The notes: a model not told the origin generated them from the sequence alone. A stretch of 64,000 nucleotides of DNA from an uncultured candidate division Zixibacteria bacterium (GCA_903908285.1 CAIVRH010000007.1:9398-73397); one strand, 5' to 3'; counted from the first letter of the stretch, positions 1 to 8,172 are shown. Translations and numbers: made by a program.

Positions 1-2
1 AT

Positions 3-293
3 ATATATCATCCAAAAAATATCGATTCAGAACTATGGAGAAAAATTGGCTTGGTATATACTGCTTTCAGAAACAGACTCGGAGTTAAAAAGCGTGGGTG
101 GGGTGAAGTATCTGGTATAAAAGAAAGAATCGATGAGAGAGACACGAAACTAAGAAAAAAATACAAAAGGCTGCGGCATTCATCACCTTCAGCTGAAATT
201 GCTTTTGATAGGCTCCTAGAATTGATGCCATCAATATGGGGTAAACCTCTGTCACTTGAGCGCACGAAAAGGGTAGTTTACAGAAAAACATAA
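3..293 (+). CDS. Hypothetical protein, 5'-partial
   Basis: Frame is open from the window edge (IYHPKNIDSELW...) to TAA 293 and is followed by a terminator-like hairpin. Confidence 0.5.
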   Translation: MYHPKNIDSELWRKIGLVYTAFRNRLGVKKRGWGEVSGIKERIDERDTKLRKKYKRLRHSSPSAEIAFDRLLELMPSIWGKPLSLERTKRVVYRKT

Positions 294-387
294 ACATGTC
301 GAAAACTGGTGCAGGAATTCTTGTGATAAGCGAATTTAGTTGCAAGAGTTCGTGACATTTACAACATAAAAGGCAGGATGTATAATG

Positions 388-415
388 AGCCGGGATGAAA
401 AATCCTGGCTTTTTT
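388..415 (+). terminator. Intrinsic terminator
   Basis: AGCCGGGAT-gaaaa-ATCCTGGCT stem followed by a T run. Confidence 0.6.
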
Positions 416-571
416 GTTGCCTGAATTGATCGGACAAAACAAGCAGGAATTGGCAAATAAAGAGAAAGATTGACGGATTAAGTGGTTGCAAAATTTTATC
501 TTCAAAATAGGTGTTGATTCAATCCGGGAGTGGCTTAAGATGAATTCCTAGAATTTAATCCCCCTTTTCTC

Positions 572-600
572 TTGACAAGCAATTTTTCGGAGGGCATTAT
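572..600 (+). promoter_or_regulatory. Candidate sigma70 promoter
   Basis: TTGACA-17 bp-CATTAT upstream of the small ORF cluster. Confidence 0.4.
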
Positions 601-748
601 ACCATTTGGAGACACAAAGCGAAGATGAAGATAAAGAATAAATCTCGCTTGGTGTCTTTTTTTATTGATAATCCAGGACACCAGAGAGGATGCCTGGGTT
701 TTTTGTTACCAGGATTGACCAGTCAATATAAACAGGTGTGCTAACACA

Positions 749-982
749 GTGAAGAGAAAGAAAGACAGTTTGACATTCGAAGTAGTGGAAGCCTCGGAGG
801 AAGAGAATCCTGAATGTAATCTGGATGAATTTCTGGCTGATTTCTTAGTGCGATACTGGATCGAAGTACAAAACAAAAAAACAAAGATGGTGACTGAGAA
901 AGGAGGTGAATATGACAGCAAAGTTGAATTTAATAATCGAAGCGGGGAAAGTGGAGATGATAATCATGTCGAACACGGATAG
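749..982 (+). CDS. Small acidic hypothetical protein (phage-like)
   Basis: 77 aa ORF, co-directional with the neighbouring small ORFs. Confidence 0.4.
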   Translation: MKRKKDSLTFEVVEASEEENPECNLDEFLADFLVRYWIEVQNKKTKMVTEKGGEYDSKVEFNNRSGESGDDNHVEHG

Positions 983-1061
983 CGAAGAGAAAGAAGCAAG
1001 ATTACTGAAGAACAAGATCTCCAGAGAAGTGAAGCGGATCAGAAAAAAGATTGAGAAATAG
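912..1061 (+). CDS. Small hypothetical protein, 49 aa (not in ORF track)
   Basis: SD AGGAGGTG at 901-908 before ATG 912; MTAKLNLIIEAGKVEMIIMSNTDSEEKEARLLKNKISREVKRIRKKIEK. Confidence 0.5.
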   Translation: MTAKLNLIIEAGKVEMIIMSNTDSEEKEARLLKNKISREVKRIRKKIEK

Positions 1062-1082
1062 TTTACTTAAATTTGAGATGAG

Positions 1083-1232
1083 ATGAATATGCCTCTGGAA
1101 AAGATTTTTTCTACAGCCGACATAGCGTTAAGTGCGGTTCTGAAGATTGAAGATTTCAAGCTGACCAGAATAAACCGGGATGGCGGAAAGACAATTTTTG
1201 TGTTTGAAATGGAGAAGTATGAAAAACAATGA
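1083..1232 (+). CDS. Short DUF5659-like protein, 49 aa, possibly truncated (not in ORF track)
   Basis: MNMPLEKIFSTADIALSAVLKIEDFKLTRINRDGGKTIFVFEMEKYEKQ shares the [FY]xTxDIxLxAxL...KTxxF pattern with the next ORF. Confidence 0.45.
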   Translation: MNMPLEKIFSTADIALSAVLKIEDFKLTRINRDGGKTIFVFEMEKYEKQ

Positions 1233-1482
1233 GAGTAACGATTACTATGAAACAAGCGACATTAGATTGGCAGCTTTTTTATTTACTACCCTGTATGCAA
1301 TCCTTGTGGACATAGGAAGAAACGATCACAATAAAAAGACTTACATTTTTAATCCTGGTCCTCCAAGGTATGCCATATTGGGCTTTTATGATGGGTCAGA
1401 GAAGGTTTCAGCTAAAAGGCTGATTGAGGCATATGAGAAGCTGAAAGTGGCTACCGGTGTGTTCAAATCAAATGGAGGTTAG
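1219..1482 (+). CDS. DUF5659-like small protein of mobile elements
   Basis: YETSDIRLAAFL...KTYIF...F...V.AKRLIEAYEKLK resembles DUF5659 as I recall it; ATG 1219 is the likely start. Confidence 0.55.
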   Translation: MKNNESNDYYETSDIRLAAFLFTTLYAILVDIGRNDHNKKTYIFNPGPPRYAILGFYDGSEKVSAKRLIEAYEKLKVATGVFKSNGG

Positions 1483-1730
1483 TAACTAAGAAACGAGGTA
1501 TAATAACACTCTTATTTGAGAAAGGCTCAAATTGGTGGAATGATTCTACCTACTAATAAAAATAAGTTCGTAGGTCAAGCATAGCAGATCTTCCTTGACG
1601 AAAAAGATTATAGATTTATCAAACCATTAATGGAGACTGAGGGGTTGTTCCCCTGATAAGGGGGATACAGGGGGTTCTAAACCGATCCTCTAATCCGTAG
1701 TCTCTCTTCCCCCAAAGCCAAATTCGCTAT

Positions 1731-1814
1731 TTATACTGAGCTTCGAAGTATTTATAGTGAGCTTCAAACTATTTATGCTGATCTTCGAAGCATTTATGGT
1801 GAGCTTCGAACCAC
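1731..1814. repeat. Four tandem 21-bp hairpin units
   Basis: TTATACTGAGCTTCGAAGTAT / TTATAGTGAGCTTCAAACTAT / TTATGCTGATCTTCGAAGCAT / TTATGGTGAGCTTCGAACCAC. Confidence 0.9.
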
Positions 1815-1833
1815 AACTTTACCAATCCGTTTC

Positions 1834-2148
1834 ATCCGTTGACCGCCTTATGTGCAGTCCGTTGGTCAGGAGCCCCTCTGCTCTTGACATTCAATGTCTT
1901 TACTCATCACCTTCAAATGCGTAGCACCCGACTATAACGTCGGGCGTTTTTCTTTGTTAATCCGTTCCATCCGTCGAAGATGGTGAGCGCAAGTCGAACC
2001 ATTAATCCGTTGACCGCCTTATGCGCAGTCCGTTTGTCAGGAGCCCCTCGGCTCTTGACGTTCAATTTCTTTCCTCGTCACCTTCAAATGCGTAGCGCCC
2101 GACTATAACGTCGGGCGTTTTTCTTTGCTAATCCGTTCTATCCGTCGA
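1834..2148. repeat. 144-bp direct repeat (1834-1977 and 2005-2148) containing a GTAG-type REP-like hairpin
   Basis: Near-identical copies offset by 171 bp; each contains GTAGC(A/G)CCCGAC-tataac-GTCGGGCG followed by T-rich sequence. Confidence 0.9.
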
Positions 2149-2593
2149 CCTTATTATCCTCCTCTCCTTTCTATGTTAGGAAGGGAGATTTAAGAAGTTG
2201 TCCCCCTGACAAGGGGGATTCAGGGGGTTCAAAACCGATGTTCCTAACCCGTAATCTCTCTTTCCCCCCAAAGTAAATTCACTGAATTTATATTAAGCTT
2301 CGAATTGCAAATTTTCTAATCCGTTCCATCCGTCGAAGATGGTGACAGTTCGACTTAGCTCACTGTCCCTGAGCGTAGTCGAAGGGAGCGCAGTCGAACC
2401 ATTAATCCGTTGACCGTATTATCCCCCTCTCTGTTTTACGGAGAGGGGGACAAAGGGGGAGAGGTCGTAGCTACAAATTCAGTCTTCATACTGAGCTTCG
2501 AAGTACAACTTCGGTGGTGAAAAGGATACCTTCCTAATATATGAGAGACGGAGTGTATTATGCATACTCCCTTTCCGAATGTACAGAACACGT

Positions 2594-2650
2594 AACTTTG
2601 AATTTTGAATTGTAATTTTGCACTTTTCACTTTGAATTTTGAACTTTGAA
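2594..2650. repeat. Heptamer tandem repeat (consensus about A(A/C)TTTGA)
   Basis: AACTTTG AATTTTG AATTGT AATTTTG CACTTTT CACTTTG AATTTTG AACTTTG AA. Confidence 0.75.
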
Positions 2651-3020
2651 ATCATCCGATCCAATATCTAAAATACTAAACCTGAATTATTGTGATGAAA
2701 ATGAACAAAAAATTAAAAAACCACCACCCCCAAGCCCCCCATCACCCCCAAGCCCCCCCGTTCGGCGAGTCACGCTTCCCCTCTCTTCTTTAAGAGAGGG
2801 GACACAGGGGTGAGTTCCAGGACATTGAAAAATGAAAAAAATGCAATCCGCAAGTCCAGTAAGTCCAGTAAGTCCGGAGTGCGGAAGCTCGTAGAGGATT
2901 TTGCAAGAATAGTGGGGGTATCTATTTTTGAATCAAATACGTTCCCTCATCTTCTCAGTTGACAATTGTGTAACTTTTGAGTTTATGAATAGTGTAATTG
3001 CATATCTATTAGGGAGAGGT

Positions 3021-3154
3021 ATGGTAAGCAAGACCATTTCTTATTACAAGATTTTGGAGAAGCTTGGTGAAGGTGGGATGGGTGTGGTCTATAAAGCCCA
3101 GGACACCAAACTTGATCGGATTGTGGCTTTGAATTTCTGCCTTCTCATTTTACT
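3021..3154 (+). pseudogene. Ser/Thr protein kinase N-terminal fragment
   Basis: [29 protein letters not shown] (Gly-loop); a 1-bp loss at the VALK lysine codon shifts the frame (FLPSHFT follows in another frame), then homology ends. Confidence 0.8.
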
Positions 3155-3414
3155 GTCCGCTCTACGATCCTGCCGAATCCGTAGAACCAAAGTCTCAAGT
3201 TCCGGAGTGACATTTCACCCGATGAAGCTACATGGCCGATGGTTTTCACCTGCCAATCTGTCAATTCCCGTTCGACGATAATGGCACTGCCACTTCTTCA
3301 GCGTCGGTCTCGAAATGCCGCACTCCAAACAAACTACCCCAGCCTTCACATACTTTCAAAGAGCAGCACCCTTGGTCCAATCGGTAAGATCTCCGCTGCG
3401 CTACCGATAATCAT
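3155..3414 (-). pseudogene. IS481-family transposase N-terminal remnant
   Basis: Minus strand reads [45 protein letters not shown]...[17 protein letters not shown], matching the IS481 HTH start; contains stops and a frameshift. Confidence 0.7.
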
Positions 3415-4237
3415 AGGACCCTCTCAAGAAAATAGCTGATGGGATATTCTATTCGCATGAGATTATTTAGAAGTCATCTTGAATCCTGCATTTGGAGGGG
3501 GAAGAATGACCTGGTGAGGTGAGAAAAAGAATCGTCCTTAAGTATTAACCATGATCGACAGAATGCAAGGAGGGAATATTTTTATTCTTAAGAATGTTTC
3601 TAAATCACCCTCCCCGGTTGTCTGATATTAAATTCTCAAATTTTACTAAATTTCTAAAGATATCTCATCACTTACCGATAAAATAATCTGTCACACGTCC
3701 CCATAGAGAAATAGAGCATGGTTTAGAGAATAATGATCCTCCGGAAGAAAGAGGAGAGTTTTTCTGAACCAAATGCTCTGGGAAAGCTGGGGACGGTTAT
3801 ATGCTGCAAGAGAAATTTCTCCTATCAAGTTCGAACGATCTTCAGGAAAATGGTTGGCTTTTATGCGGGATGCTGATTTTAAGAAACCACCCCGGGAATT
3901 CCTTCACTATTTCTCAACCCAGTATAAAGATAAAAAGAGAATCAACACCAACTCGGATAATCTTTGCTTCAGAATTTTCATCCACCCGTTTAATTCGTAC
4001 CCTCCGGAAAACAACCGGGCATAAACCTGAGTTACTTACATTCTTCCGCTCTAATTCGCTTACTGAACCATTTCGACTTTATTCTGCAAGGAAGGGGAAT
4101 CTTTGTTTGCCTCAAAGGCAGATGTCGAAAGGGTATCAGATCAGAAGAAATAGTGGTGGTTTTGCCAGCGGAACAGAACGCCCGCTGACTCTTTTAAATC
4201 AAAAATAAGGATAAGCCAAGAGAGGAGGTGATACAAA

Positions 4238-4450
4238 ATGGCAGTAGAAAAGAACATTGGTTCTTCCAGCTTAGTGGAAGTGGTCGACAGAATCCTGGAT
4301 AAGGGTATCGTTATCGATGCCTGGGCCAGGCTCTCCCTGGTGGGAATCGAGCTTCTGGCGGTGGAGGCCAGAGTGGTATGCGCCGGAGTAGAGACCTTTC
4401 TGAAGTATGCGGAGGCAATCGGTCTTACTCCAACCGCAGCTACAGCCTAA
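4238..4450 (+). CDS. gvpA: Major gas vesicle structural protein GvpA
   Basis: [52 protein letters not shown]; strong SD AGGAGGTGA. Confidence 0.98.
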   Translation: MAVEKNIGSSSLVEVVDRILDKGIVIDAWARLSLVGIELLAVEARVVCAGVETFLKYAEAIGLTPTAATA

Positions 4451-4468
4451 GGTCTGTCGCCGAAACGA

Positions 4469-4543
4469 GAGGGGGGAATTTTTGCCGAGCTATCCTTGAG
4501 GTCAACTTGACCGCCAAGCATATCTCGCCAAAGGTTCTTCCTC
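4469..4543 (+). promoter_or_regulatory. Long imperfect stem-loop directly after gvpA (candidate mRNA stabiliser or partial terminator)
   Basis: Nested pairings GAGGGGGGAATTTTTG/CAAAGGTTCTTCCTC, CGAG/CTCG, CTTG/CAAG, GGTCA/TGACC. Confidence 0.55.
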
Positions 4544-4576
4544 AAATTATCCAAGAAGGGAGAGGGGCAAAAGGAG

Positions 4577-5710
4577 ATGAGAACAGTTGAGGAAATGAAA
4601 AATCTGACCCAGAACTTGATTTCCTCCTACGATTCCCAGGTGGATGCGATTGGAGCGATAATTGACAATACCTATCAAGTCCTGGATGATTTTAAAGATA
4701 AAAGAGTCATATTGAATCATACCTTAAAAGAAACATTGGCCAGCGGGCAATCTTTGCGGAAAAAGGATTTCGACGGGATGATGAAGGGAATACTGTTAAA
4801 CCAACAGGAGAAAGAAAAAGAGGTGAAGCAAAGTTTAAAGAAGTTTATGGAAGAACAAAAAAGAAGAGCAGGTGAATTAAAGGATGCATTAACCAAAGGC
4901 GAGGTGGAGGGGATGAGGAAAGCCCAAACGGGGATAGAGAAGGGTGTGGCTGAAGTAAAAGGATTATTAAAAGAATATGAAAAACAGCAGAAGGAACTGG
5001 CTGAAGAGTTAAAAAAACTTTTGACCAAAGGGAAAGATTTGAAAATAAGGGACTTGAAGGATGCGCTAAGAAACCTACAAAACTTAACTAAAGAAAAGGA
5101 GGTGAAAAGGATGGGGTTATCAAATGTTACGGCTGGTATCAAGAACTTGACCCAGGATATGGTTACCTCTCAGACGAATAGGGCTGTGGCTCAGGCAGAG
5201 AGGATAGCCTCGGTGGAAACGCTCTCGAAGGAGACCGAAGGAATGTTGGAGAACTTCCAGGAGGAACACGCAGATAGAAAGGAGGAGATCAATGGAATGT
5301 TGGAAAACTTCAAAGGAGATCTTCATAAAGAGGTCCATCAGTTCATGAAAGGTGTTCATCATTTCATGAAGGGCATTCACTCCGATAATGTCCAGCAGAA
5401 CAATGAGGTCAGCGATTTGCTGGGAGGATTTCAGGAAGACATGGAAGCCGTCCGTACGGAGAATATGCAAAGACGGAGAGAAGTCAACCGGCTCCTGCAC
5501 GATATCCGGAAAGAAATGGAGAGCTTCCGGAAGGATAGTAAGGAGAGACACGACGACGTGAGAGAGGTGGCTGCCGCAGTGAAATCTATGTGGGCGACCA
5601 TGGCACGGGCAAGAGGTAGTGCCAAAAGGGCAAGCTCTCGTAACCTGGCAGAAACAAAGCCGACCAGAAGGAAGAAATCGCGAAGGACCGGAAACGTCCG
5701 GATAAAATGA
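4577..5710 (+). CDS. GvpC-like helical repeat protein (two modules)
   Basis: Sits between gvpA and gvpN; charged amphipathic helical repeats (GMLENF twice, VHQFMKG/VHHFMKG). Confidence 0.65.
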   Translation: MRTVEEMKNLTQNLISSYDSQVDAIGAIIDNTYQVLDDFKDKRVILNHTLKETLASGQSLRKKDFDGMMKGILLNQQEKEKEVKQSLKKFMEEQKRRAGELKDALTKGEVEGMRKAQTGIEKGVAEVKGLLKEYEKQQKELAEELKKLLTKGKDLKIRDLKDALRNLQNLTKEKEVKRMGLSNVTAGIKNLTQDMVTSQTNRAVAQAERIASVETLSKETEGMLENFQEEHADRKEEINGMLENFKGDLHKEVHQFMKGVHHFMKGIHSDNVQQNNEVSDLLGGFQEDMEAVRTENMQRRREVNRLLHDIRKEMESFRKDSKERHDDVREVAAAVKSMWATMARARGSAKRASSRNLAETKPTRRKKSRRTGNVRIK

Positions 5711-5884
5711 TTAAAGAAGAAGGTTACCACCGGTTAGTTGTCCAAATAGTTACCTGTTAACAAACTTTTCAGAGAGCCATAGGATGGCAGTAAAAACTTC
5801 GCCCCGCAGGGGGGATTTTTAACTAATCGGTGGTAATCTCAAGCTTCTGTAAAAATGGAAAAATCATAAGATAAAGCTGGAGAC

Positions 5885-6298
5885 ATGAAAGAGATAAAAT
5901 GTGCTTTTTGCAAGGGGAAGGGGATAGATCCTTTTGAGTTATTGTCCCCCCTCTCCACCTGCACCGTCTGCGGAGGAACAGGAAAAGTCACTATAGAGGA
6001 GCCATATGTACGATGTGCCTTTTGCCATCGAACCGGAGTGTATCCGAACAGCAGACTCAGTTGTACCGTGTGCGCAGGCAAAGGGGTGATTGGTTTTAAA
6101 GACCCTAAAACCACCTGTCCGGATTGCAAAGGTTCCGGTCGGGAACATACCACCACTCTTCCCTGCATCAGATGCGGAGGAATAGGAGTGGTAAGAAAGG
6201 AAGAAGGGGACTCACCGAAGCCGACGAACAAAAGGAACTTCCCGGAGAGCTCTAACCACGGAAAGGAAAAAGTGACAGAAAAGTCCGAAGTAGCTTAA
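5885..6298 (+). CDS. DnaJ-type cysteine-rich zinc-finger protein (no J-domain)
   Basis: Six CxxCxGxG-type motifs: CAFCKGKG, CTVCGGTG, CAFCHRTG, CTVCAGKG, CPDCKGSG, CIRCGGIG. Confidence 0.85.
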   Translation: MKEIKCAFCKGKGIDPFELLSPLSTCTVCGGTGKVTIEEPYVRCAFCHRTGVYPNSRLSCTVCAGKGVIGFKDPKTTCPDCKGSGREHTTTLPCIRCGGIGVVRKEEGDSPKPTNKRNFPESSNHGKEKVTEKSEVA

Positions 6299-6367
6299 AC
6301 CAAGCATCTATTAATATTGGCAATATAAAACCCGAGAGTTTAAAACTTTGTAAAGGAGTCTACTGAG

Positions 6368-7288
6368 ATGGCATTGATTGAAGAATCTACCGCTGTATTG
6401 GAGCCTTCTCCGCTTTTGGATTTTGTGGAGACAGAAACCGTAAAAGAGATAACCAAACGCGCCTTGGCTTATATCCGGGCAGGATTCCCGGTTCATTTCC
6501 GGGGACCTACCGGAACCGGGAAGACCAGCCTGGCTATGCACGTTGCCAGCAAGTTGGGTCGACCGGTGGTGATGGTTCACGGAGATGAGGAGTTAACTAC
6601 CTCGGATCTGGTGGGTGCAGAAAGCGGTTTCAGGCGCAGAAAATTCGTGGACCAGTATGTATCGCGGGTTTATAAACTGGAAGAGAACACACAAAAAACC
6701 TGGATGGACAACCGCCTGACCGTTGCTTGTAAATACGGATTAACCTTGATCTATGATGAGTTTACCCGCTCCCGACCGGAAACCAATAATGTACTGCTCT
6801 CCATTTTACAGGAGAAGATGATGGATCTTCCAGCAGACCGAGGCGAAGAGAGTTATCTCAAAGTTCATCCCGATTTTTGTGCGATTTTCACCAGCAACCC
6901 GGAGGAGTATGCCGGGGTACACAAAGGTGCGGACGCTTTGAGGGACAGGATGATCACCATTGATTTAGACCATTTTGATAAAGATACTGAAATAGCCATA
7001 ACCAAAGCCAAATCCAACGGTTTGGGTCCCGCAGGGGTGGAAAAGATAGTCAATGTGGTCAGAGATTTGAGGAAACAGGGGAGATGTGAATTTGCACCTA
7101 CGGTGCGGGCAAGTATTATGATTGCCCGGACTCTGGGTATTAGAAAACTTCCGGTCAATGCAGCCAACAAGGAATTTGTTAAAATATGCGAGGATATCTT
7201 GTCCTCTGAAACCAGCCGGATTGGCCGGAAAAGCGGACGGGAGAGAGTCAAAGTCATAGTCAGACGATTGATCTTAAAGCACTGTTAA
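6368..7288 (+). CDS. gvpN: Gas vesicle AAA+ ATPase GvpN
   Basis: VHFRGPTGTGKT Walker A, LIYDEFTRSRPETNN, FTSNPEEYAGVH, DALRDRM. Confidence 0.97.
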   Translation: MALIEESTAVLEPSPLLDFVETETVKEITKRALAYIRAGFPVHFRGPTGTGKTSLAMHVASKLGRPVVMVHGDEELTTSDLVGAESGFRRRKFVDQYVSRVYKLEENTQKTWMDNRLTVACKYGLTLIYDEFTRSRPETNNVLLSILQEKMMDLPADRGEESYLKVHPDFCAIFTSNPEEYAGVHKGADALRDRMITIDLDHFDKDTEIAITKAKSNGLGPAGVEKIVNVVRDLRKQGRCEFAPTVRASIMIARTLGIRKLPVNAANKEFVKICEDILSSETSRIGRKSGRERVKVIVRRLILKHC

Positions 7289-7527
7289 ACACGACATTGG
7301 AGTGTAAATCCTCAGCTTTACCTGTTTGGAAATGCGAATATGAGTGTTGGCACTCCAAAATTCTCCAAACAGCGGATATTCGCTAACGCTGAACCAAAAC
7401 TAAATGGAGATTAGTTAACCTAAGATGATTGGCACCATCTCAAAAAGAAAGCCCAAGAAGATAATATTCCAATGAGATTTTTAAGTGATGCAACGTGTTT
7501 CCCGATTGAAGGGAGGAGAAAAGCAAA

Positions 7528-7890
7528 ATGTCCAATATTCATGGAATAGAGAAAATAAAAGGTACTCGCATTATCGGCTCACGCCACTCTGTGCCGCCGC
7601 ACATGACCCAGGCTTATGTTTCCTTGTTCATGCTGAGGAAGCAAAAAGAACGATTGGAGAAAGAAGGAATAAGATTGGACACCAAGAGAGAGCTGATAGT
7701 CGAGCGGTTGAAGGAGATCGAAAAGGAATCGAACAGATTGGAAAAGCACGATAAGAGAGTTCACCGGAGAAAAGATTTCGACCCGGATTCAATTTGGGTG
7801 AAAGCAAAGAAAGAAACCAAACCGGAAGTGTTGAAGAGGTCTAGTGGTGGAATGGGTTGGAAAATAACCACATTAAGAAAAAAAGGATAG
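7528..7890 (+). CDS. GvpV-like coiled-coil protein
   Basis: AYVSLFMLRKQKERLEKE...RLKEIEKE pattern; directly follows gvpN; SD GGAGGAG. Confidence 0.6.
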   Translation: MSNIHGIEKIKGTRIIGSRHSVPPHMTQAYVSLFMLRKQKERLEKEGIRLDTKRELIVERLKEIEKESNRLEKHDKRVHRRKDFDPDSIWVKAKKETKPEVLKRSSGGMGWKITTLRKKG

Positions 7891-7997
7891 AATCTTCAAA
7901 CTTATCCCTCCAGTATGTATGGGAAACTCAGTGCTTGGGGCAGTATGCCATCGGAAAGAAATCGAGTGGGTCAATAAACTCATAACAAAATAAGATT

Positions 7998-8171
7998 ATG
8001 AACGAACAAAGCCTGAAAGAAAAAATCAGAGCCGGTGAGCTCAAAATAAGCGATATGGAACAGCAGGTTATAATATTACGATTGAAAATCGAGAGAGAGA
8101 AGCAAATACTAATGAAATATCAGGAAAGTCTAAAAAATGGAAACCAGCAAGCGATGAAGGGGAGGTTTTAA
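7998..8171 (+). CDS. Small coiled-coil hypothetical protein, 57 aa (not in ORF track)
   Basis: MNEQSLKEKIRAGELKISDMEQQVIILRLKIEREKQILMKYQESLKNGNQQAMKGRF; stop is 1 bp before the next ATG. Confidence 0.5.
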   Translation: MNEQSLKEKIRAGELKISDMEQQVIILRLKIEREKQILMKYQESLKNGNQQAMKGRF

Positions 8172-8172
8172 C

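Larger units (their letters stand above)
1644..2305. repeat. Degenerate ~105 bp direct repeat (copies ~1644-1750 and ~2197-2305)
   Basis: GTTGTTCCCCTGATAAGGGGGATACAGGGGGTTCTAAACCGAT... versus GTTGTCCCCCTGACAAGGGGGATTCAGGGGGTTCAAAACCGAT... Confidence 0.8.

Noticed and set aside
1731-2416. Possible CRISPR array
   Set aside because: The 21-bp units have no spacers, the longer repeats are irregular, and there are no cas genes in the window.
2928-3281. Intact protein kinase
   Set aside because: Frameshift at the catalytic lysine codon and no downstream kinase subdomains.
4105-4190. c-di-GMP-I riboswitch upstream of gvpA (GGCA...GAAA loop...TTGCC)
   Set aside because: Lacks the GCAAA junctions and the tetraloop-receptor stem.
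3773-4208. ORFs upstream of gvpA (83 and 135 aa)
   Set aside because: They overlap each other, have no recognisable motif or SD, and the region is more likely regulatory.
1-4237. Second att site (copy of tRNA-Gly 3' end)
   Set aside because: No convincing match found by eye; probably left of the window or eroded.
7322-7383. c-di-GMP-II riboswitch or HDV-like ribozyme
   Set aside because: Has GGAAA and GGCAC but no AGTGCAACCG partner, and loop and junction lengths do not fit HDV topology; kept only as an unknown structure.
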